Shown: positions 57,720-64,000 of the stretch, in pieces
How positions within the stretch are numbered: position 1 is the first letter of the stretch
Layout: every line of letters starts with the position of its first letter
Source: an uncultured virus (IMG/VR IMGVR_UViG_3300035670_000097)
Taxonomy: Duplodnaviria; Heunggongvirae; Uroviricota; Caudoviricetes
Strand: one strand, 5' to 3'
Length of the DNA: 64,000 nt
Virus record (IMG/VR): IMGVR_UViG_3300035670_000097
Coordinates: 1 to 64,000 of that record
The notes under the pieces: model-generated
What the model was told of the DNA's origin: nothing
The model's input: only the letters and a program-made list of their open reading frames with translations
The model's database searches: none
Made by a program: the position numbers and the translations under genes

Positions 57720-58600
57720 AGAGAAATTCGGTTTCCTAAGGATTCGATTGAGCAAAATTTTCGGGGCCCAGCAAATTTTGTCAACTACTTTTTTATAATT
57801 TGGACAAAATTTTCCCCAAAATTGTATAAAACCGGATTAAATTCCTGCAATTCCACGGACCCCGCTCCGGGGGCCGGAAAAAATTGGGGTAATTTGTGCG
57901 GGGTCGGTGCAAGCCGAGTCGGGGTTTGTGCAAATTACTGCAAATTAGTGCACCCGCCCGGGCGGTTGTAAAAAGACTAGCAAAAGCAACTCGGTGGAGC
58001 AAATAAAAAATTTGACTTGACAAATAGGGGGTGCGAAAAGTATAATGGGCGCGCGCAAGTGCAGCGCAATTTGCATTGCTTTTGCACTTGGGCGCGGAAA
58101 ATATTGCATTGATTTTGCACTTGCTGGTCGGCGCGCGGGTTCAAGCGGGGTTGGAAAGCAAAACGGGGTTGCTGCAAATTTATTGATAATTAGTGCAAAT
58201 TGGTGCACCCGCCCGGGCACTCGTAAATTTAGTACTTGACATCGCTTTCGCACTTGGGCGCAGGCTCGCTGCAAATTTTTTTCTTCAAAAAAATTTTTTT
58301 AAGTGCAAAAAACTTGACTAAAGTACAAAAATGCAGCAAATTCAGCAGCATACGTAGATTTAGTACTTGCATCGCTTTTGCACTTGGGCGCAGGAGGCGC
58401 CGGGGGTTGAATGGGCAGGTAGCTTGCCGCCGGGGGGTTGAATGGGCAGGTGGGTTGACGAAATCGGGGGCAATGGCAGGTAGCTTGCGCAAACCCCGCC
58501 CGATGAGCAAGAAACTTGACGAACGCCCCCAGGCGGCAAATGCGAATGAGAATCATTCGCATTTCCGGCGCAATGTTATAACATACCATTGAGCGAGTAA
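57720..58600. repeat. Non-coding repeat/palindrome-rich region
   Basis: GTGCACCCGCCCGGGC x2, TTTAGTACTTG..ATCGCTTT.GCACTTGGGCGCAGG x2, TGG(G)CAGGT x3 at 30 bp spacing, many TTGCA/TGCAA words. Confidence 0.7.
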
Positions 58601-58630
58601 ATGAAGGGGCGCTCGTCGCGCCCCAGTCAT

Positions 58631-58951
58631 CTATCGAGCGATCGCTTCGAGCAACCGTTCGAGTGACACCTTACTTGCCTTTTCCAGCCCATCCAGACTG
58701 TTAGCGGCCAGACTCAATGCCTGCTCAATTCGGTCTACCGTGACTTCCTTGGAAGCAACCGGCTTTCCATCCTTACGAACCCGTTCGAGTTTTTGGTAGG
58801 GAATTCCTTCCCGAATCGCTTTTGCGATGATGCTTTTGACTTTCGCATCAAACTGCTCTGCCAGCCCTTCTACCTTTTCAAGGTTGAGCGGGGCCGCATC
58901 GCGCATCGCGGTCAGAAGGGTCGGGTTAAACGTGCTAGCTTTCTCTGCCAT
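58631..58951 (-). CDS. T5 A2-like DNA-binding protein, copy 1
   Basis: LAEQFDAKVKSIIAKAIREGIPY...GLEKASK; near-identical to 63065..63385. Confidence 0.65.
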   Translation of the reverse strand: MAEKASTFNPTLLTAMRDAAPLNLEKVEGLAEQFDAKVKSIIAKAIREGIPYQKLERVRKDGKPVASKEVTVDRIEQALSLAANSLDGLEKASKVSLERLLEAIAR

Positions 58952-59322
58952 TTTGGCTTCCTCTTTTGGCTCGCTGGCCTATCCAGCGAATGAGAGAATT
59001 ATACGCCCATCGAGCCGAAAAGGAAAGAACTCTTTTTCATATCGCTGGCCGTTTTCATGCGAAAAAATTCCTTGACAAGCGCAGCGCGCTTGTGATAAAA
59101 TCGGCGCGGCTATTGTCAAGTAAGTTGACAATTCGCCCCCAGGCGCCAAATGCGAATGAGAATCAATCGCATTTGGCAAGCAAAAAATAAGGCGTTATAA
59201 CGCCTTATTTTAAATATGCATCCTCGTATGTATCAAATATAAACGCGCATTCTAGCAGAAGATTTATTATTAGCGGGTTTAGGCAAATTAGCCTAAACCC
59301 TTCTACCAGTTCCATCATATTA

Positions 59323-59994
59323 TTATGCCGCCTTTTGAACAATACGCCACGGATTAGGCGTTATTACATTGTAGGGAACCTTGCGCTTATGCTTGAAACA
59401 TTCTGCAAGAATTTCCGTTTCGATAATAGCGTCCGACAATGCAGTATGATCCTCGATAAAGTCATGATTACCGGAAATAAAACGATAGGCAAACTCTGCA
59501 CCAGTCTTAATATTACCCTTAGCAGAAACCCAACCGCTATTCTGAGCGAGTTTAATGTAAGACTTTTTGTTGAGTCTTACTTCGCAAGCAAAACGCCAGA
59601 TATCGAGTTCACGAATATCGGACGAAAACAGCGGAGCGGTATTATATTGTTCGCCCATGTTACGCAATACACGTTCATCGAATCCCAGATTATAAGCGGC
59701 TACAGTATCAATCTTATAATCAATCGCAAGATTGCGAATAGTATTAGATACCGTTTCCCATGATTCCATCTTAACAGTACCGTCGTTCAGCATGGGGGCG
59801 TAGTGCGTGAACATCTTGCGAGCGTAGAATGCGCCCATCATTCGTTCCGCATTCGTGAATACTTCGCGCACCAGTGCATTGTACTGGTGAACAATGTTAC
59901 CCTGACGATCAGTAATCGTAAGGCCAACGTCGTAAACGTGACCGTTCAGGTCGCACGTTTCGGTATCGAGAACCATAATCATTTGCTTTGCCAT
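59323..59994 (-). CDS. DEDDh 3'-5' exonuclease-like protein
   Basis: VLDTET, AYNLGFD and EDHTALSDA motifs; start refined to MAKQM. Confidence 0.8.
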   Translation of the reverse strand: MAKQMIMVLDTETCDLNGHVYDVGLTITDRQGNIVHQYNALVREVFTNAERMMGAFYARKMFTHYAPMLNDGTVKMESWETVSNTIRNLAIDYKIDTVAAYNLGFDERVLRNMGEQYNTAPLFSSDIRELDIWRFACEVRLNKKSYIKLAQNSGWVSAKGNIKTGAEFAYRFISGNHDFIEDHTALSDAIIETEILAECFKHKRKVPYNVITPNPWRIVQKAA

Positions 59995-60050
59995 CTTCGC
60001 GAACCCTTGCTGTGAGTGAGAACCTACTATACTCAACGCCGAACCGGCTG

Positions 60051-60476
60051 TCAACGGTTTTCGTATCGAAAGACAAAAAATTCCTGCATCGCTCGGGCTT
60101 CCATTTCCCAAGGGGCGAGCCAATAGTCTAAATCCGTTTCGTTGGAATAAACCTTGCCTTTATATAAAACCTTATCGTTTGCAATATCTTGCAATTCTCC
60201 TTTTACCCATTGTTTAATATGCGTCATTTCATGCGCTACTAATTCCATTAGTCGCTGTTCTGACAACATAAGTTCTTCATTAATAATAATAAAGAACAAA
60301 TCGTCATCGCCCCTAAAACATGCAGCATCCGCAGCACCAGAAACAAAATTTTCTATGCAGTCTGCCGATATATCAACGCCAATGTTTTTTGGCAGCTTAT
60401 AAAAGCTTACGCAATCTTTTGCGATAGCTTTCGCAATAGTATTAAAGCGCTTAAAGCCCAAATCAACCTCGATCAT
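60051..60476 (-). CDS. Zincin-like metallopeptidase domain protein
   Basis: AHEMTHIKQW...PWEMEA (HEXXH...E). Confidence 0.7.
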   Translation of the reverse strand: MIEVDLGFKRFNTIAKAIAKDCVSFYKLPKNIGVDISADCIENFVSGAADAACFRGDDDLFFIIINEELMLSEQRLMELVAHEMTHIKQWVKGELQDIANDKVLYKGKVYSNETDLDYWLAPWEMEARAMQEFFVFRYENR

Positions 60477-60604
60477 TTTCGCGTTCCTTCACAACCAACA
60501 CAGATATTATAGTCTAACGGGGGCCAAAAGTAAACATGAGAATTTCGTTTAGAATCAATGACTTAGATCAACCCGACCTTCGAGTTTTTCAATTTCAGTC
60601 ATAC

Positions 60605-60790
60605 TTACCACACCAAGCGACGTACTTCCGAATCTAGCATCCATTCTTCAATGTAAACTGTTTCTACCATTTTACATTCATTATCGAGTTCAAGAGCCCG
60701 ACATTTCGCTTTTTCGAGGTCAGAATATACTGCTACCGTAACGCGACCGTTCTGCGTACTTTCAAGAACAATACCATACACTACATTCAT
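60605..60790 (-). CDS. Small hypothetical protein (paralog of 61726..61920)
   Basis: Shared MNV...VYSD..KA...VYIEEWM.DSE motif. Confidence 0.6.
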   Translation of the reverse strand: MNVVYGIVLESTQNGRVTVAVYSDLEKAKCRALELDNECKMVETVYIEEWMLDSEVRRLVW

Positions 60791-60989
60791 TTTCGCGTTC
60801 CTTCATTCGATGACAAGCATTCTAGCGGGTTTCATGCAGCCAGACTAGTGAAAGATTTTCATGGTGCCATGAGAAAAATTCGCTTGACAAGTATGGGATG
60901 GGGATGGTATAATTTCGGCGCCATATTGACAAGTAGCTTGTCAATCGCCGAGGCGCCAAATGCGAATGATTCGCATTCGCATTTGCCCG

Positions 60990-61244
60990 TTATTGGTAAA
61001 CAATCAACGCCAAAAGCGATGATTGTAAAAAGAACCCTATTCCGTTTGACGTTATATGCAAAAAGTCACGGTTGCCTATTGCGCGAATAAAATAAAGCGC
61101 CAGCCCAGCCCACACCATTAAGACTAATGAAATTTCAGGCAATTTAACATCCTGCCCGTTCAGTATTCCTATCGTAGTGGGAACCGTCGCGCCTTGAATA
61201 AATAGCATACCGAGCCATCCGCAAAATTCGCAAAGGTTTTTCAT
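60990..61244 (-). CDS. Three-TM membrane protein
   Basis: 84 aa, hydrophobic, PQ-loop/SemiSWEET-like layout. Confidence 0.5.
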   Translation of the reverse strand: MKNLCEFCGWLGMLFIQGATVPTTIGILNGQDVKLPEISLVLMVWAGLALYFIRAIGNRDFLHITSNGIGFFLQSSLLALIVYQ

Positions 61245-61725
61245 TCCTTCACCTTGACTTCAGTAATGCTGCAAGTCAGAAAATGATCTGGAGTCGCTCC
61301 CCAGATATACCCGTTTTCAGAATGCCAAGTTATTGGGTCACCATCTAACATTTTGTGTATCGCTTTTTGCGCGGCCTTCACGCTAACGTAAAGCCCTGCA
61401 ATTGCACCGATTTCTTGGATATATACAACCGGATCTATGGTTAGCTTGTAAACGATCATTTTGCGTTCCTTCAGTTGAGAGAAGTATTCTAGCCCAGCGC
61501 GCGCTCGGTGTCAATCATTTTCTTCGGGCTTTTTCCAGTAGACTGCCAAGCGCTTGCAATTGAAGCGAATCGTGATTGATTCGTGCCCGTCGCGAATCGA
61601 AGTGTATCGCTTATAATTGGGACCAATGCTATCAACTTGAAAATCCCTGCCATTTTCCCAGTCTGCCAGCGCCTTAGCGGCTGAAGTGTAATCGCGACCA
61701 TACCCCGGAATTACTGTCATTTTAT

Positions 61726-61920
61726 TTATTCCCTCGACCAAACTGTAACAGAAAATTCGCTATCCATCATCCATTCTTCAATATAAACGCTTTCTCCCAT
61801 TTCGCATTGGCTCAATAATTCTTCAGCGAGTTTCACCGCCTTATTATAATCGGAATAAACTCCGACCGTAGCATAGCTGTTGTCCGAAGGCTCGCCAAAT
61901 ACAACAGTGTATACATTCAT
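61726..61920 (-). CDS. Small hypothetical protein (paralog of 60605..60790)
   Basis: Shared motifs and duplicated upstream region. Confidence 0.6.
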   Translation of the reverse strand: MNVYTVVFGEPSDNSYATVGVYSDYNKAVKLAEELLSQCEMGESVYIEEWMMDSEFSVTVWSRE

Positions 61921-62248
61921 TTTTACATCCCTCTATTCGATGACAAGCATTCTAGCGGGGTTCGTGCGAATAGACTAGTGAAATATTTTCATGATGCCAT
62001 GAGAAAAATTCGCTTGACAAGTAATGGATAGGGGTGATATAATTTTGGCGCCATATTGACAAGTAGCTTGACAATTCGCCCCGAGGCGGCAAATGCGAAT
62101 GATTCTCATTTGCATCGCTGCTCTTGTACCTCGCGCCTAACCAAATGCTTGACAATTGCGCGCTTAACATGCTTACCATGTTTAGCGGAATGCGTTCCTG
62201 CTCGCCCTGCTAAATGCGCGTTTTTAGCTACAAAATTTTGCGCTTTCA

Positions 62249-62695
62249 TTATACGTCCCTCGGGTGTATTGCGTTAATTCCCAGTATTTTAACAGTGTTT
62301 CTTACAGAATCATTATCTTCATAAAATACATTAGAAACGCGGTGAAAGTCTACATTTAATCCTGACAGTAAGTCATATTTTAGAAGTGCATCGGGCCGAT
62401 TATCGTTCTCACCTTCGCGGGACAATACGCGATCAAAGTGTAACCCATGAGTACGCAAAAAGGTAAAGTCTGCCATCTGCAATACTCGCGCAGTACAAAT
62501 TACGACAATATTACCAGCATTCCAAACGTCACGCCAAACGTTAGCGAGCGGTAAAAGTTTATCTTGCATAATCTTTTCGGGCGTAGAATTTGCTCGCCAT
62601 CCGGCAAGGCAAAAGCTACCGTCCGCATTCGCAACAGAACGATGGCTTGAATCTATGACCGTTCCATCTAAATCGAAAATGTTATATCTTGGCAT
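62249..62695 (-). CDS. HAD-superfamily phosphatase
   Basis: IFDLDGT, CTAR, K and YEDN motifs; start refined to MPRYN. Confidence 0.8.
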   Translation of the reverse strand: MPRYNIFDLDGTVIDSSHRSVANADGSFCLAGWRANSTPEKIMQDKLLPLANVWRDVWNAGNIVVICTARVLQMADFTFLRTHGLHFDRVLSREGENDNRPDALLKYDLLSGLNVDFHRVSNVFYEDNDSVRNTVKILGINAIHPRDV

Positions 62696-63064
62696 TTTCT
62701 TAAACCCCGTAAACGTGTGCGCTGGCAACAATGATTGCAAAAAGAACGACTCTGCTAAGAGCGGAAGTGAGTACTAATTCTGCGAGCTTTTTCATTCGTT
62801 CCGTTTCCTGATTCAATGGGAGTATTCTACCGGGTCCGAGCAAAAAGTACAAGAACTCTTTTTCATATCGCTGGCCGTTTTCATGCGAAAAAATTCCTTG
62901 ACAAAACCCATGCGGTTATCGTAAAATCGGCGCGGCTATTGACAAGTAGCTTGTCAATTCGCCGAGGCGGCAAATGCGAATGATTCTCATTTGCATTTGC
63001 CGAGCAACGTTATAACATACCATTGAGCGGGTAAATGAAGGGGCGCTCATCGCGCCCCGATCAT

Positions 63065-63385
63065 CTATCGAGCAATCGCTTCCAGCAACCGCTCGAGTGA
63101 CACCTTACTTGCCTTTTCCAGCCCATCCAGACTGTTAGTGGCCAGATTCAATGCTTGCTCAATTCGGTCTACCGTGACTTCCTTGGAAGCAACTGGCTTT
63201 CCATCCTTGCGAACCCGTTCGAGTTTCTGGTAGGGAATTCCTTCCCGAATCGCTTTTGCGATGATGCTCTTGACTTTCGCATCAAACTGCTCTGCAAGGC
63301 TCTCTACCTTTTCAAGGTTCAGAGGCGCTGCATCGCGCATCGCGGTCAGAAGGGTCGGGTTAAACGTGCTAGCTTTCTCTGCCAT
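63065..63385 (-). CDS. T5 A2-like DNA-binding protein, copy 2
   Basis: 103/106 aa identical to 58631..58951. Confidence 0.65.
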   Translation of the reverse strand: MAEKASTFNPTLLTAMRDAAPLNLEKVESLAEQFDAKVKSIIAKAIREGIPYQKLERVRKDGKPVASKEVTVDRIEQALNLATNSLDGLEKASKVSLERLLEAIAR

Positions 63386-63613
63386 TTTGGCTTTCTCCTT
63401 TGGCTCGCTGGCCTATCCAGCGAATGAGAGTATTCTACAGGGCCTGAGCAAAAAGTACAAGACCTTTTTTTCATATCGCTGGCCGTTTTCATGCAAAAAA
63501 ATTCCTTGACAAGCGCAGCGCGCTTATGATAAAATCGGCGCGCCCATTGTCAAGTAGCTTGACAATTCGCGCCGAGGCTACAAATGCGAAGATTTTTCAC
63601 TTGCAAACCAGGC

Positions 63614-63790
63614 CCAGGCCTGGCATTGAAATTTCACTTGCAAATTCGCCCCAGGCCTGGCATTGAAATTTCACTTGCAAACCAAACCCAGGCCTGGCAT
63701 TGAAATTTCACTTGCAAATTCGCCCCAGGCCTGGCATTGAAATTTCACTTGCAAATTCGCCCCGGGCCTGGCATTGAAATTTCACTTGCA
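63614..63790. repeat. Five tandem 37 bp repeats with internal palindromes
   Basis: CCAGGCCTGGCATTGAAATTTCACTTGCA units start at 63614, 63651, 63688, 63725 and 63762. Confidence 0.9.
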
Positions 63791-64000
63791 TAGGTTTCTA
63801 ACTTGCATAGATTTCTAACTTGCATAGATTTCTAACTTGCATGTGCAGGTTTCTTGCCTTTCCCCTCGATGGGCAGGTAGCTTGCAGGTGAGCCCGCCGA
63901 TGGGCAGGTAGCTTGCAGGTGAGCCCGCCGATGGGCAGGTAGCTTGCAGGTGAGCCCGCCGATGCGCAAGAGACTTGCCTTTGCCCGCCCGATGGGCAGG
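63785..64000. repeat. Tandem 17 bp (ACTTGCATAGATTTCTA x3) and 31 bp (CGATGGGCAGGTAGCTTGCAGGTGAGCCCGC x3) repeats
   Basis: Read directly; 31 bp units start at 63867, 63898 and 63929. Confidence 0.85.

Noticed and set aside
57645..58592. Several overlapping ORFs in the repeat region
   Set aside because: No RBS or recognisable motifs; low-complexity translations of palindromic non-coding DNA.
63614..63790. 37 bp repeats as a CRISPR array
   Set aside because: The units are head-to-tail with only ~6 variable bases, there are no unique 25-45 bp spacers, and no cas genes are in the window.
1..64000. Alternative genetic code, prophage or diversity-generating retroelement
   Set aside because: Core genes translate full-length in code 11; no integrase, host genes, reverse transcriptase or adenine-specific TR/VR pair was recognised.

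Overview
This is a 64 kb segment of a large lytic dsDNA phage with T5-like (Demerecviridae-type) gene content and order. From left to right: (1) the 3' part of a collagen-like fibre gene plus two accessory genes (+ strand); (2) a long minus-strand early/replication arm with nrdA/nrdB, T5 D15/D14/D13/D12/D11/D10-like genes, phoH, family A DNA polymerase, primase, DnaB-like helicase, D5, a split NAD-dependent ligase, D3 and D2, interrupted by a seven-gene nucleotide-sugar/glycosyltransferase/methyltransferase island; (3) an RNA-gene region with five tRNAs and a circularly permuted two-piece tmRNA (tag ANDDFYNEEYAVAA), where tRNA-Leu(UAA) is split by a group I intron carrying an HNH endonuclease; (4) lysis genes, Hsp20, thyX, mazG and many small ORFs; (5) a short + strand island with ribosomal protein bS21 and a plcP/agt-like lipid-remodelling pair; (6) two candidate structured ncRNAs; (7) a repeat-rich right end resembling a T5 pre-early/first-step-transfer region, with duplicated A2-like genes, recurring promoter plus Fur-box-like palindrome cassettes, and tandem repeats. 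All calls come from motif recognition and manual reading of the sequence; no database searches were run.
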